Positions 9,804 through 20,222 of a stretch of DNA of 64,000 bases are shown here, one piece after another. Each line of letters opens with the position of its first letter. Position 1 is the first letter of the stretch. The stretch spans positions 2,400,001 through 2,464,000 of the forward strand of contig OZ242214.1 in NCBI GenBank assembly GCA_965206595.1, given 5' to 3'. Origin of the DNA: Candidatus Latescibacterota bacterium. GTDB lineage: Bacteria > Latescibacterota > UBA2968 > UBA8231. The position numbers and the translations under genes were made by a program. Below the pieces are notes generated by a model that did no database searches, was not told where the DNA came from, and worked only from the letters and a program-made list of their open reading frames with translations.

Positions 9804-10724
9804 ATGACCGCCGGGACTCCACGCATACTGAGCATCGAAAAGATCTGGGACCGGGCCCCGCACAACGCCTTCACCGACCTGCTGCGCCACCGCGGCCGCT
9901 GGTGGTGCGCGTTCCGCGAGGCGGACGACCACGGCGCCAGCATCGGCGGCCTGCGGGTGCTGGTGTCCGACGACGGCGACCGCTGGTCTAGCGGAGGACA
10001 CGTGACCGAGGAGGGGGTCGACCTCCGCGACCCCAAACTCTCCGTCATGCCGGACGGCCGCATGCTGCTGCTAGCGGGCGGCACGATCATCGACGATGAC
10101 GGCAGGTACCTCACCCGCTCTCCGCGGGTAGCGTTCTCCGACGACGGAACCTCCTGGACCTCCCCGGTCCGCTGCCTCGCCGAAGACCACTGGCTGTGGC
10201 GGGTGACCTGGCACGGCGGCACCGGCTACTCCGTCTCCAAGCTCGGCGAGGGGAGCAATCCCCGCCGCGGCCTGCTCTACAGAACGACCGACGCCCTCGA
10301 CTGGCAGTGGGTCACCGAGTTCCACCTGCCCGACAACATCTGGACCGCCAGCGAAACCACCTTGCGCCTCATGCCTGACGAGATGATGGTCGCCCTGATC
10401 CGCCCGGACTGGATCGGCCGCAGCTGGCCGCCCTACACCGACTGGTCGTACACCCGCATCGAGGCCAGGCTGGGCGGCCCCAACTTCATCCGCGTGCCGG
10501 ACGGCACCCTGTGGGCGGGCTCGCGCGGCACCCACGACGGCGAGCGCCGCACCGTCCTCGCCCGCATGACGGCAACCCGGTACGAGACCGTGGCGCGCCT
10601 GCCCAGCGGCGGCGACTGCTCCTACCCCGGGATGGTCTGGCACGACGGCCTGCTCTGGATCAGCTACTACTCCAGCCACGAAGAGAAGACGAGCATCTAC
10701 CTGGCGAAGGTCGACGTCTCCTGA
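9804..10724 (+). CDS. Sialidase-like BNR/Asp-box protein
   Basis: HNAFTDL, SDDGDRW and SDDGTSW Asp-boxes, DLRDPKL, GGDCSYPG. Confidence 0.8.
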   Translation: MTAGTPRILSIEKIWDRAPHNAFTDLLRHRGRWWCAFREADDHGASIGGLRVLVSDDGDRWSSGGHVTEEGVDLRDPKLSVMPDGRMLLLAGGTIIDDDGRYLTRSPRVAFSDDGTSWTSPVRCLAEDHWLWRVTWHGGTGYSVSKLGEGSNPRRGLLYRTTDALDWQWVTEFHLPDNIWTASETTLRLMPDEMMVALIRPDWIGRSWPPYTDWSYTRIEARLGGPNFIRVPDGTLWAGSRGTHDGERRTVLARMTATRYETVARLPSGGDCSYPGMVWHDGLLWISYYSSHEEKTSIYLAKVDVS

Positions 10725-10784
10725 TCCGAAGCGCGGGCCGGCTCCGCATCCCGCATCAGCTGTTCCACCCGTTACCCGGCCGCC

Positions 10785-11876
10785 TCACTGCGGCAGGTAC
10801 GAGGTGTAGAACCGGTGCCAGTTCCCGTACATGACGTTGGCGACGTCCCCGCTGCCGTAACCGCGGCGCTCGAGGATCGGGGCCAGCTTCTGGTAGTCGG
10901 CGATGCTGTCGACTTCGAACGGAGCCCCGTCGATTCCGCCCTGGCCGTCGGTGTCGCCGCCGATTCCGGCGTGCAGGGAGTTGCCGGCCAGCTGGCAGAC
11001 GTGGTCGACGTGGTTGGCGATATGCTCCAGGGTCACCTCTTCGCGGGCGTAGTACTCCCGCCGCGGGTAATCTTCGGTGTGGGACCACTCGATCTCCTGC
11101 TTCTCTCGCAGCATCCAGGTGTCCATCGAGGCCCCGACCACGCCGTCCCGCTCGATCACCGCCCTGACCTGCCCGTCGCTGAACTGGCGCTCTCCCGGGG
11201 CCAGGGCGCGGCAGTTCTGATGGCTCGCCAGGATCGGGCCGGAGTAATGGTCGAGGGCTTCCCAGAAACTGCGGTCGGCGATGTGCGTGGTGTCGAGCAG
11301 CATGCCGCAGGCCTCCATCTCCCGCAGCAGCTCCGGTCCCGGGGGCAGCAGCCCTCCCTCGGTCCCGGTGCCGGTGCCGTGGGCGTAGCGGCTGCGCCCG
11401 TAGTGGGTGAGGCTGACCACGCGCACCCCGTCTTCCCACCACTCCCCCACCTGCCCCGGCGTCAGGATCGGGTCGGCCCCCTCCATGCCGATCAGGCAGC
11501 CGACTGGCAGCCGGGAGTCCCCTTCCTGCTGCTCCCACTGTTCGGCGAGGGCGCGCAACTGTCCGGCGGTGGTGACGACGACCGCCTCCCCGGTGCTCTC
11601 CAGGCCGCGGTAGAGGGCGAGCTGCCCCTTGGCCACGGCGTACGTCACCTCCTTGCCGCGATACCCCGGCAGGATGCTGTCCTTGCGCAATCGCCGCGCC
11701 GCGATCTTCATCAGCGCACAGTACACCCCCCCTCTGCGCATCTCGGGAAGGCAGGCGAAGGGAATGTTGGACGGGTTGGCGTCCGCGGCGCGCAGCTCGT
11801 CGAGCGAAAGCGTCAGGTCCCTGTTGAGGTCGAGGGCGCCGTGCGCCATCGGGTAGTCGCCGTCGAAAATCAGCAC
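10785..11876 (-). CDS. Membrane dipeptidase (M19 family)
   Basis: GTG start after AAAGGAG; GMEGAD, SLTHYG, DTTH, ASHQN, HVDHVCQLAG, GGDTDG. Confidence 0.85.
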   Translation of the reverse strand: MLIFDGDYPMAHGALDLNRDLTLSLDELRAADANPSNIPFACLPEMRRGGVYCALMKIAARRLRKDSILPGYRGKEVTYAVAKGQLALYRGLESTGEAVVVTTAGQLRALAEQWEQQEGDSRLPVGCLIGMEGADPILTPGQVGEWWEDGVRVVSLTHYGRSRYAHGTGTGTEGGLLPPGPELLREMEACGMLLDTTHIADRSFWEALDHYSGPILASHQNCRALAPGERQFSDGQVRAVIERDGVVGASMDTWMLREKQEIEWSHTEDYPRREYYAREEVTLEHIANHVDHVCQLAGNSLHAGIGGDTDGQGGIDGAPFEVDSIADYQKLAPILERRGYGSGDVANVMYGNWHRFYTSYLPQ

Positions 11877-12432
11877 GGCTTGTCTCCTTTCGTTGTCGGC
11901 AGCTGTTTCTGGAAGATTTGGCGGTCCCGGGTTGCCAGGGCGGGTGGCACTCCGGGCTGACGGAGCGGTTTCGGCAACCGCCCCTGACCGCGGGGGAAAG
12001 GTCGCTTTGAAGGGAGGGCCGGGCAATCGCCGGCGTCGCTTTCCGGCAGCGATCGCGCGACCGACGAACCCACGTCCCCGCCCATTGCAGTCCCCTCATC
12101 GCCGGCTCCCACACATGCGGGCATCGGGCCCGCCTCCGCCTGCAGATACGGCGACACTGATGGCCCCGGCCCCTTTTCCGGCACGCTTGCTTCGCGAGAG
12201 CCCCCGGGACCGCTCCCCGGTTGGCCCCGCCTTCACCGCATTGGATATGTTTGGGCGGCACCGGACGGAAGGAGCGCCGCAGAACCCCGGGCCCTGAGCT
12301 GCCGGAAGATCCGGCCGCTGCCCTGTCCCGCCGCGGCCGGAGCCGCTGAAAACCTTCATCACCCCAGGCGCCCTGCGAGCTCCCGCGGCAAAAGCAGAAT
12401 TGCCAGCCACCCCCCTTTTCCCGACCTGCCCA

Positions 12433-13911
12433 ATGAAAGCCGCCATCGCCCAGTTCATCTTCGAAAGCAACACCTTCACCCCCGGTCTGGCCGAGATCGA
12501 CCTCTTCAGGAAAGGAGGAGTCTTCCTCAAAGACGAAGCCGAGGTGCGCGCCTGGGCGGACGGGACCGACTCGCAGATGCACGGCAGCCTGGAGGTGCTC
12601 GCCGCCGCCGGCTGGGAGACCGCCCCCTGTTTCACCGCTCTCTGCGGCTCTTCCGCCGGACTCATGAGCGCTGCCTGCTTCCGCGAGATCGGCAGCACCC
12701 TGCTCGACCGGGTCGCCGCCGCGGCGCCGTTCGACGTCCTCATCCTCCACCTGCACGGAGCCGCAGCCGCGGAAGGGGAGGACGATCCCGAGGGCTACCT
12801 CCTCGAGAAGGTGCGCACCGACCTCGGGTACCGCGGCCGGGTCGTGCTCTCCCTCGACCTGCACGCCAACTTCACCCGCCGCATGCTGCGGCACGCCGAC
12901 GCGGTCACCGCGTACCGCACCTTTCCCCACATGGACTTCAGCGCCACCGGCGAGCGCGCCGCGCGCCTGGCCCTGCACCCGGGCCCCTTCACCCGCGCCG
13001 CGGCCAAGGTGTCCGTCCTGATGTCGCCGGCGGACAGCACCCATTTCGAGGGGCACCTGTGCGACCTGCTGACCCGCGCCCGCGAGCTCGAGCGACGCCA
13101 CGGCGACGTCCTCGACGTCTGCATCCTGCCGGTGCAGCCCTGGATGGACATCGACGAAATGGGCTCTTCCGTGGTCGTCACCGCTGCCGGTGGTGGGGTC
13201 CCGCTCGACGAGCTGCAGAAACTGGCCGGCGAGTGGTACGCCCAGCGGCACGGCTGGAAAAACCGGCTCACCCCCTGGCCCGAGATTCTGGAGAAGCTCC
13301 GGCGCAAGGGGCCGGAGCCCTGGGTGCTGGTCGACACTTCGGACGCGACCGCGGGAGGCTCCCCCGGTCACAGCGCCGAGGCCCTGCGGCGGCTGCTGCC
13401 GCTCCGGGAGGATCTGCCCGGCAAGGTGCTGCTCTGGGTGGTCGACCCGGGCACCGTGGCCGCCGCCCGCCGCGGGGCGACACGCTTCGCCACCGGCGAC
13501 CCCCCGGTCTCCTGGGAAGGGCGCGTGACCTGGACGGGAGAGGGGAACTACAAGGCGCGCGGAGGGGCCTACACAGGGCAGGCCTTCTCGATGGGGGACG
13601 CCGCGGTGATCGAGTCCGGGCAGATTCAGCTCGTAGCCTGCTCGTACCCGGCGCTGACCCCGGATCCGGCCTTCTACGAGTGCGCCGGGCTGCAGCCGGA
13701 CGCCGCCCTCGCGGTCATGGCCAAGAGCATGACCGGCTGGATGGCCGCCTTCGGAGCCGGCTGGGAGCGCGGCATGCTGTTCGACGGCCCGGGGATCTGC
13801 ACCCTGGACTTCGCCTCCGTCCCGTTCACGGGGAGCGGCCGCGGACTCTGGCCTGTCGATCCGGACCCGGCGAGTCCGGTAGCGATCTGGGAACCGGGTG
13901 CCGCGGGTTGA
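12433..13911 (+). CDS. M81/MlrC-family metallopeptidase
   Basis: FESNTF, LHLHGA, DDPEG, LDLHAN, YRTFPHMD, DTSDATAGG. Confidence 0.9.
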   Translation: MKAAIAQFIFESNTFTPGLAEIDLFRKGGVFLKDEAEVRAWADGTDSQMHGSLEVLAAAGWETAPCFTALCGSSAGLMSAACFREIGSTLLDRVAAAAPFDVLILHLHGAAAAEGEDDPEGYLLEKVRTDLGYRGRVVLSLDLHANFTRRMLRHADAVTAYRTFPHMDFSATGERAARLALHPGPFTRAAAKVSVLMSPADSTHFEGHLCDLLTRARELERRHGDVLDVCILPVQPWMDIDEMGSSVVVTAAGGGVPLDELQKLAGEWYAQRHGWKNRLTPWPEILEKLRRKGPEPWVLVDTSDATAGGSPGHSAEALRRLLPLREDLPGKVLLWVVDPGTVAAARRGATRFATGDPPVSWEGRVTWTGEGNYKARGGAYTGQAFSMGDAAVIESGQIQLVACSYPALTPDPAFYECAGLQPDAALAVMAKSMTGWMAAFGAGWERGMLFDGPGICTLDFASVPFTGSGRGLWPVDPDPASPVAIWEPGAAG

Positions 13912-13924
13912 TCCGGGCCCTGCT
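13763..13924 (+). repeat. 162-bp direct repeat, copy 1 (3' end of the MlrC-family gene)
   Basis: Matches 15870-16031 with about 2 mismatches (read by eye). Confidence 0.92.
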
Positions 13925-14108
13925 CGCGTTGTGCTGTCTGGAAGAACGCGGCGAGCGTGCGGCTGCGGTGCTCGATGCCTTCCATTGTCCCGAGCCGTCG
14001 TGTACAGTGGGCAACTCGAAAAAATCGACTGGCTGCTTCAGGTCGGACGTGTACATTCACTTATCCACATGCGGTTCTTCAATCTCAGAAAAATTGGCCT
14101 CCGCCCTG

Positions 14109-14537
14109 ATGAAATACGCAGGGAATAATTCAACGCGACGGATCGCGAAACCGGGTCACTTCACCCAAGTCGAGCTCGACAACTTCGCGGAGAATGCCCG
14201 GTATGAAGGAAGCGCCCTCCACAAGAGCAAGCCGGCCGACTACGGCTTCCATCCGCAGACCAACCCAAGAGCCTCAAAGTCCCTTTGCGACGACATCCGT
14301 GTGATACTTCTATCCGAGGCGAGGCAGTTGTTGAGTTCAGGATTTGAACGCGGCATGGTCAGCACACGTATATCTGGTGACCTGCCAAAGTATGTTTGGG
14401 CGATTGATTGTAATGGCGAAGCGTACGAGGCGAAGCTCGGGGGGGACGGACGGAGCTACCACGGCTACCGGTTGAACCACGACGACAAAAAGATGCGCCA
14501 ATGGGTGATCGAAGAATGGAAACGGCGGAACGACTGA
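14109..14537 (+). CDS. Hypothetical 142-aa protein, putative toxin/effector
   Basis: MKYAGNNSTRR..YEGSALHK..KSLCD..PKYVWAID..YEAKL..YHGYRL; lower GC; overlaps the next gene. Confidence 0.7.
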   Translation: MKYAGNNSTRRIAKPGHFTQVELDNFAENARYEGSALHKSKPADYGFHPQTNPRASKSLCDDIRVILLSEARQLLSSGFERGMVSTRISGDLPKYVWAIDCNGEAYEAKLGGDGRSYHGYRLNHDDKKMRQWVIEEWKRRND

Positions 14538-15832
14538 AGTTTTCGCTTGTTCCCGAAAAGTTGCAGGCCGGCTCTCCGGAGGAGCGGGCGGCCTTCGGCA
14601 CCATTGCCGTCATCGCAAACGGCATGGTGCTCACCGAAGGGGTAGGCATCGACGGCAACGAGCTTCGAAACGGCCCGCGGGTTTCCGGCTACTACCTGGC
14701 GGAATGGCTGGTATGGAACTGGTGGCGGCTGCGCTGGGAACCGCGACGTTTTTACGCTGAAACCGAGTCGTCGTGGGAGTGGGGTTTTGCACACCATATG
14801 TCATCCCTCGGCGAAGGGTACGTTTGGCCCAACATCGAGATCGTGTCTGATGGACTCTTGATGCAGCTCGCTTCCTCACCTTCTACCGACCCGCACGCAA
14901 AGGCATTCCGTTACGTTGGGGCGCCGGGAATTGAGACCGTCGCGGTCGAGGCGTTCGAGGATGCGGTTCAGGAGTTTGTCCGGATCGTTATTGACCGTCT
15001 CGACGATTCTGGCATCTGCGACACCAACCTGCATCGGCTGTGGCGAGACCTGAAACGGGAGCAGGGTGCGGAAACCTCTCCTTTTCGGCGTATTGAGGCG
15101 ATGCTAGGGTACGACCCAGACGAGGGAAACGAGACCGAGATACGAGAGCAACTCACCGATGCGGCCAGCTTGGGAGAGAATGCGGTGGCCGAGTTGGCGG
15201 CCGATGCAGGGCAACTCAACGAGAATCCGGTACGAGCTGCCGAGGTGAGGGAATGCGCCCGGAAATTCGGCTTCGACGTGCGTGTTGAAGATGCTGCGCA
15301 GCTTGATGACACCAGCGCCACCCTGGCTTGGGGCGAGGAAAAAGCCTGGCGTGTTGGTTATGCCATGGCGCAAGCTTTGCGAGCGGCGGAAGTCCTGAAC
15401 GGCAAGCCCGTCGTCAACGCCGTATTGTGCGAACTCGCTGGAACTACTGAGAATGTGATTCAGGATCGCAGTCGGACCGCTGACCGTATTTCATTCGCTT
15501 TGGACGACGACGGCGGGCGTTCGCGCATTGCACTGCGGCCGGAGCAGGATAAATTGCGGCGTTTCGACTTGGCACGGTTGATGGCGGACAGGCTGTTCCT
15601 GAATAACAGGTGCGAGCCGTTGCTTCCTGCCACGCGGTCATATACCTATCGGCAGAAGGCCCAACGCGCGTTCGCCGCGGAGTTCTTGGCGCCGATCAGG
15701 GCGGTGGAGGAGTTCCTGAATGGCGACGTATCAGAGGAAACGCAAAATGACGCCGCCGAATACTTCAACGTCTCGCCGCTCGCGATCCATTGGCAGCTTG
15801 TCAACAACAATCGCATCAGCCGATCAGACTGA
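14516..15832 (+). CDS. ImmA/IrrE-like protein with degenerate metallopeptidase motif
   Basis: C-terminal RRFDLARLMAD..QKAQRAFAAEFLAP..AAEYFNVS resembles the IrrE_N fold but lacks HExxH; Trp-rich N-terminal domain (LAEWLVWNWWRLRWEP). Confidence 0.65.
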   Translation: METAERLKFSLVPEKLQAGSPEERAAFGTIAVIANGMVLTEGVGIDGNELRNGPRVSGYYLAEWLVWNWWRLRWEPRRFYAETESSWEWGFAHHMSSLGEGYVWPNIEIVSDGLLMQLASSPSTDPHAKAFRYVGAPGIETVAVEAFEDAVQEFVRIVIDRLDDSGICDTNLHRLWRDLKREQGAETSPFRRIEAMLGYDPDEGNETEIREQLTDAASLGENAVAELAADAGQLNENPVRAAEVRECARKFGFDVRVEDAAQLDDTSATLAWGEEKAWRVGYAMAQALRAAEVLNGKPVVNAVLCELAGTTENVIQDRSRTADRISFALDDDGGRSRIALRPEQDKLRRFDLARLMADRLFLNNRCEPLLPATRSYTYRQKAQRAFAAEFLAPIRAVEEFLNGDVSEETQNDAAEYFNVSPLAIHWQLVNNNRISRSD

Positions 15833-15869
15833 ACTGAAATCAACCTGCGTTCTGACCACCGGGATTTCC

Positions 15870-16031
15870 GGGAGCGCGGCATGCTGTTCGACGGCCCGGG
15901 GATCTGCACCCTGGATTTCGCCTCCGTCCCGTTCACGGGGAGCGGCCGCGGACTCTGGCCTGTCGATCCGGACCCGGCGAGTCCGGTAGCGATCCGGGAA
16001 CCGGGTGCCGCGGGTTGATCCGGGCCCTGCT
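15870..16031 (+). repeat. 162-bp direct repeat, copy 2
   Basis: Duplicate of 13763-13924. Confidence 0.92.
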
Positions 16032-16037
16032 AAACGT

Positions 16038-17651
16038 ATGACGCTTGCCGACCGCCACGCGGCCGCCGCCGCCCGGCAGCGCCGCATCATCTTCCAGGAC
16101 GACATCCTCGCCAACGATGCCTTCCGCTGCGGCGAAGTCAGCACCTCCCGCCTCGACAGGCTGATCGATTTCTACATGAGCCGCCTCGAGGCTCCCAACC
16201 AGATCGACAGCGTCTGGCACGAATGGGGCGAGGGCAACACCGCGGTCTGGCCGAGCGAGGTGCTGCCGCGCACGGAGAACGTCTTCCCCGGCTGGTGGGA
16301 GGCGGGCATCGACCCGGTCAAAGTGCTCCTCGACGAGACCCGGAAACGCCGGCGAGAGGTCTTCTTCTCCTACCGCATCAACGGCTCCGACAACGACGAC
16401 CTCTTCGATCCCCCGCACCCTCTCGAAGGCCCCACCCCGCTGAAGGCCCGGCATCCGGACCGGCTCATCCACAAGTGGCACGTGTACTGGGATTTCCGCT
16501 GCGAAGGGGTGCGCGACCTCAAGCTGGCGGTCCTGCGCGAAGTCGCTTCGATGTACGACTACGACGGCATCTCCATCGACTTCGCGAGGGTCCCGGTGCT
16601 GTTTCCCGAGGGGGAGCAGTGGCAACACCGCGACCTGCTGACCGGATTCATGCGCGAGGTCCGTTCGGCCCTGCAGGAGATCGCCGGCCGCCGCGGCAGG
16701 CCGTACCTGCTGGCCGCCAGGATCCCCGAAGACATCCCGGGGTGCCGCTTCGACGGCATCGACATCGAGACCTGGGTCGCCGGGGGGATGGTCGACATCC
16801 TCGTTATCGGCACGCGCACCGCGGCCGCGGACGTGGCCGGCTTTCGCGCCCTGGCCCGCGGGACCCCGGTCAGGCTGTACCCGAGCTGGGACGACCACCA
16901 CTCCTCGGACGGGTACCGGCATCCGACGATCGAGGTCTGGCGCGGGGTCTGCGCCCACTGGTGGCGCCAGAAAGCGGACGGCATGCACACCTTCAACCTG
17001 ATGTTCCCCTCGCCGGAATCGGAGGCCGGCCTCGGAATCGAAGCGGCGCCGGAGTATCGCCGCGGGGGTCTCGACATAGGAGCGCTGCTGTCCGACTGGG
17101 AGACGCAGTGCCGGGTCTTCGCGGAAATCGGCAGCCCCGAAACCCTCGAGGGCCGCGACAAGATCTTCCTCGTCGAGCGCCGGGGCGGCGGTCACGGCAG
17201 GGACTTCGTACCCGCGCCCGACGATTGGTACACGCCGCGGCACAGCTATTTCCAGACCAACATGCGGGCGCAGCTGCCCGCGGAGCTGGGGGCCGGCGGC
17301 TCCCCGGATACGCTGCTTGCGCTCGACGTCGCCGACGATCTCAACTCGGCCGCGGACTCCCTCGACAGCCTGACGCTGAATCTCGCCCTCACCGCCGATC
17401 CCCCGGAGGCCGCGGGTGACCTGCGGGTCGAGGTCAGGATCAACAACCTGCTTCTGGAAGCCCCGGTCCGGGAAACGGGAATCGCGACCCGGCTGAACGC
17501 CGCCTTCGGCCACTGGCTGGTCTTTGCCGTCCCGCCGCGGTACCTCGCCGCGGGGGCGAACCTCGTCGGGGTCTGCCGTACCGACCGGACGGCCGCGGCG
17601 GTACGGGTCGAGAAGCTCGAGCTGCACGTCCGCTACGCGACAACCCGTTGA
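16038..17651 (+). CDS. Putative TIM-barrel glycoside hydrolase-like protein (GHL10-like)
   Basis: RRIIFQDD, FFSYRING, WDF..VRD, YDYDGISIDFAR; related to 58767-60440. Confidence 0.6.
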   Translation: MTLADRHAAAAARQRRIIFQDDILANDAFRCGEVSTSRLDRLIDFYMSRLEAPNQIDSVWHEWGEGNTAVWPSEVLPRTENVFPGWWEAGIDPVKVLLDETRKRRREVFFSYRINGSDNDDLFDPPHPLEGPTPLKARHPDRLIHKWHVYWDFRCEGVRDLKLAVLREVASMYDYDGISIDFARVPVLFPEGEQWQHRDLLTGFMREVRSALQEIAGRRGRPYLLAARIPEDIPGCRFDGIDIETWVAGGMVDILVIGTRTAAADVAGFRALARGTPVRLYPSWDDHHSSDGYRHPTIEVWRGVCAHWWRQKADGMHTFNLMFPSPESEAGLGIEAAPEYRRGGLDIGALLSDWETQCRVFAEIGSPETLEGRDKIFLVERRGGGHGRDFVPAPDDWYTPRHSYFQTNMRAQLPAELGAGGSPDTLLALDVADDLNSAADSLDSLTLNLALTADPPEAAGDLRVEVRINNLLLEAPVRETGIATRLNAAFGHWLVFAVPPRYLAAGANLVGVCRTDRTAAAVRVEKLELHVRYATTR

Positions 17652-17844
17652 CAATGTTGTTCTGCAGGCGAGGCCGAGTCATGGCGGTCGAAGACCGGGC
17701 GCGCGACCGAGTCGGATCGCAGGGGGTTCGGGAAGGGAGCGCAACGACTGTCTGCGGAACGCACTTTCGAGGGTTCCGACCCGAAGGGTTCGCGGCCGCC
17801 AGGGCCGGCCGCAGCCCGGATGGACTTTTTCAGCGGGATGCTGA

Positions 17845-18933
17845 ATGCGAATCACCGAGGTAGTCACCCACCGGCTGGCCTGCCCGGTCGAGCGTCCCTT
17901 CCGGGCCTGCCGCACCGGATGGATTCGCGAACGGTCGGCGACGATCGTGGAGGTCAGGACCGACGACGGGCTCACCGGATGGGGGGAAGGGGATGGGGCG
18001 CTGACGCGGGAATCGACCGACTCCCTGCTGATCGGGAAGAGCCCGTTCGACCGTCAGGAGATCTGGGACAGCCTGACGGTCCGCGGGAAGGACATCCCCG
18101 CCGCCTGCGGAATCGAGACGGCCCTCTGGGACCTCGCGGGGAAGTCGGAAGGCAAACCGGTCTGCGAGCTGCTCACGGGTACCCCGCGGGACAAAGTGAC
18201 CGCGTACGCCAGCGGATTCTTCCAGCCGCAGGGGGAGGATCACCTGCGCCTCGCCGCCGAAGAAGGCCGCCGCTGCCGGGACCGGTTCGCCGCGGTGAAA
18301 GTCCGCATCGGCTTCGGCCCCGATCAGGATGAGCGCATCGTCGCCGCGGTGCGGAACGGGATCGGCAGCGAGGTGAAGCTCGCCGTCGACGCCACCCAGG
18401 GGTACGACCTGCCGGCGGCCATCGAGGCGGGTAACCGGCTTGCCCCCTACGACGTCCTGTGGTTCGAGGAGCCGATCCCCGGCGAAGATCTCGACGGGTA
18501 CCGCGAGCTCCGGCAGGCCCTGCCGATGCCGGTAGCCGGCGCGGAGGGCCGCAGCGGACTCGGTGCCTTTCGCGAGGTCGTCGAGGGGGGCGCCATGGAT
18601 ATCATCCAGCCCGACATCAGCCGCGCCGGCGGGTTCACCGAGGGCATGCGGATCTGCGAGCTCGCCGAGGCGAACCGGGTGCAGGTGATCCCGCACATGT
18701 TCGGATCGGTGGTCAGGCTGGCGGCGACCCTGCACTGGCTGGCCGCGGTCCCGGAGGACCCGCGCCGGCAGCTTCCCCCCTATCTGGAGCTGGACGTGAC
18801 CGAGAACGGGCTCCGCACCCGGCTTTCGCCGACCCGGTTCGAGGTCGAGGACGGAGCCGTCCGCATACCGGACCGTCCCGGGCTCGGGGTCGAGATCGAT
18901 TCCGAGGCGCTGCGGAGATACAGCGTTACATGA
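17845..18933 (+). CDS. Mandelate racemase/muconate lactonizing enzyme family protein
   Basis: GWGEG, ETALWDLAGK, KVRIG, VDAT, WFEEP, AGAE, IIQPDISRAGG. Confidence 0.92.
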   Translation: MRITEVVTHRLACPVERPFRACRTGWIRERSATIVEVRTDDGLTGWGEGDGALTRESTDSLLIGKSPFDRQEIWDSLTVRGKDIPAACGIETALWDLAGKSEGKPVCELLTGTPRDKVTAYASGFFQPQGEDHLRLAAEEGRRCRDRFAAVKVRIGFGPDQDERIVAAVRNGIGSEVKLAVDATQGYDLPAAIEAGNRLAPYDVLWFEEPIPGEDLDGYRELRQALPMPVAGAEGRSGLGAFREVVEGGAMDIIQPDISRAGGFTEGMRICELAEANRVQVIPHMFGSVVRLAATLHWLAAVPEDPRRQLPPYLELDVTENGLRTRLSPTRFEVEDGAVRIPDRPGLGVEIDSEALRRYSVT

Positions 18934-20222
18934 CTCCCGGCGAAGCCTCCAGGCCGATTCCCCTGCGCGTCAACGACCGCTTCTTCTACGGCTGGCTGAT
19001 GCTCGGGGCCGGAGCCCTCGGCCTCTTCGCCAGCGGCCCCGGCCAGTCCCACGCCTTCAGCGTCTTCATCACCCCGATCGGCGAGGACCTCGGGGTTTCG
19101 CGCACCGCAGTCTCCGCCGCCTACGCCGCGGCGACCCTGGCGGCCGCCTGCGGCCTGCCCTGGGTGGGGCGCCTCGTCGACCGCTACGGGGTCCGCGCCG
19201 TACTGGTTTCGGTGGGAGTTTTGTTCGGGGCCTGCACCGCGGCCTTCGGGCGAGTCCCCGACCTGTGGCTGCTGGCCGTCGGATTCGCCGCTCTGCGCTT
19301 CCTCGGGCAGGGATCGCTGATGCTCTGCTCCTACAACCTGGTGGCGCAGTGGTTCAGCCGGAAACGCGGCTTCGCCATGGGCCTGGCGAGCCTCGGGTTT
19401 TCTCTCAGCCTGGCAGTGCATCCCCCCCTGGCCCAATGGCTGATCGACGAGGCCGGCTGGCGCCAGGCCTGGCTCTGGCTCGGGATCTCGACCTGGGTGC
19501 TGCTGGTGCCGTGCGCCGCCCTGATGGTCAGGAACAGACCGGAGGATCTCGGTCTGACGCCGGACGGCGACCCAGGCGGCAGCGGTGCCGGGAAAGCAGA
19601 CACTTCGGCGGATGCCGCCGAAGCGGGCCTGACCCTGGGGGAGGCGATGCGGACCTCGACCTTCTGGATCTGCGCCGGCGCCGTCGCCACCATGTCCCTC
19701 CTGGTCACGGCCGTCTTCTTCCACCAGGTCTCCATCCTCGAGTCGCGCGGGTTGAGCCCTGGCGAGGCCTCCCGCGTGTTCGCGGTATCCGCCCTGACCA
19801 TGGTTGCCTTCATGCCGGTCTTCGGCCGCCTCCTCGACCGCCTGCGGACGCGGACGGTCTTCGCCGGGGGTCTGCTGCTGATGTCCTGCTCCCTGGCCGC
19901 GCTGGCCGCGGTCTCCGGCCCCCTGTCCGTAGTCTTCTTCGGCATCGTGTTCGGAGCCGCCAACGCCGGCAGCCACAACCTGCTCGCGTACATCTGGCCG
20001 CGCTTCTTCGGGCGCCGGCATCTCGGCAGCATCCAGGGGGCCTCGCAGATGATCAGCGTTCTCGGCGCTTCCATCGGACCGATCCCCTTCGGGCTGGCCT
20101 GGGATCTGTACGGAAGCTATACCGGCGCCCTGTTCGCCTTCGCCCTGCTGCCGCTGCTGTGCGCCGCGGCGGTCTGGTTCATCAGGGAGCCTGACGGGAG
20201 GAGTCAGAATGGCCTTCAGTAA
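18930..20222 (+). CDS. MFS transporter
   Basis: FFYGW, GRLVDRYG motif A, about 12 hydrophobic segments; ATGA overlap with the upstream gene. Confidence 0.92.
   Translation: MTPGEASRPIPLRVNDRFFYGWLMLGAGALGLFASGPGQSHAFSVFITPIGEDLGVSRTAVSAAYAAATLAAACGLPWVGRLVDRYGVRAVLVSVGVLFGACTAAFGRVPDLWLLAVGFAALRFLGQGSLMLCSYNLVAQWFSRKRGFAMGLASLGFSLSLAVHPPLAQWLIDEAGWRQAWLWLGISTWVLLVPCAALMVRNRPEDLGLTPDGDPGGSGAGKADTSADAAEAGLTLGEAMRTSTFWICAGAVATMSLLVTAVFFHQVSILESRGLSPGEASRVFAVSALTMVAFMPVFGRLLDRLRTRTVFAGGLLLMSCSLAALAAVSGPLSVVFFGIVFGAANAGSHNLLAYIWPRFFGRRHLGSIQGASQMISVLGASIGPIPFGLAWDLYGSYTGALFAFALLPLLCAAAVWFIREPDGRSQNGLQ

Noticed and set aside
14061-14069. Perfect DnaA box TTATCCACA
   Set aside because: Single copy with no oriC context; compatible with chance.
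13059-14108. N-terminal extension of the 492-aa ORF; likewise the extensions of 18459-20222, 27720-29741, 41926-42996, 44527-46524 and 47668-49152
   Set aside because: They overlap upstream genes out of frame; only the 3' parts look protein-like, so starts were reassigned.
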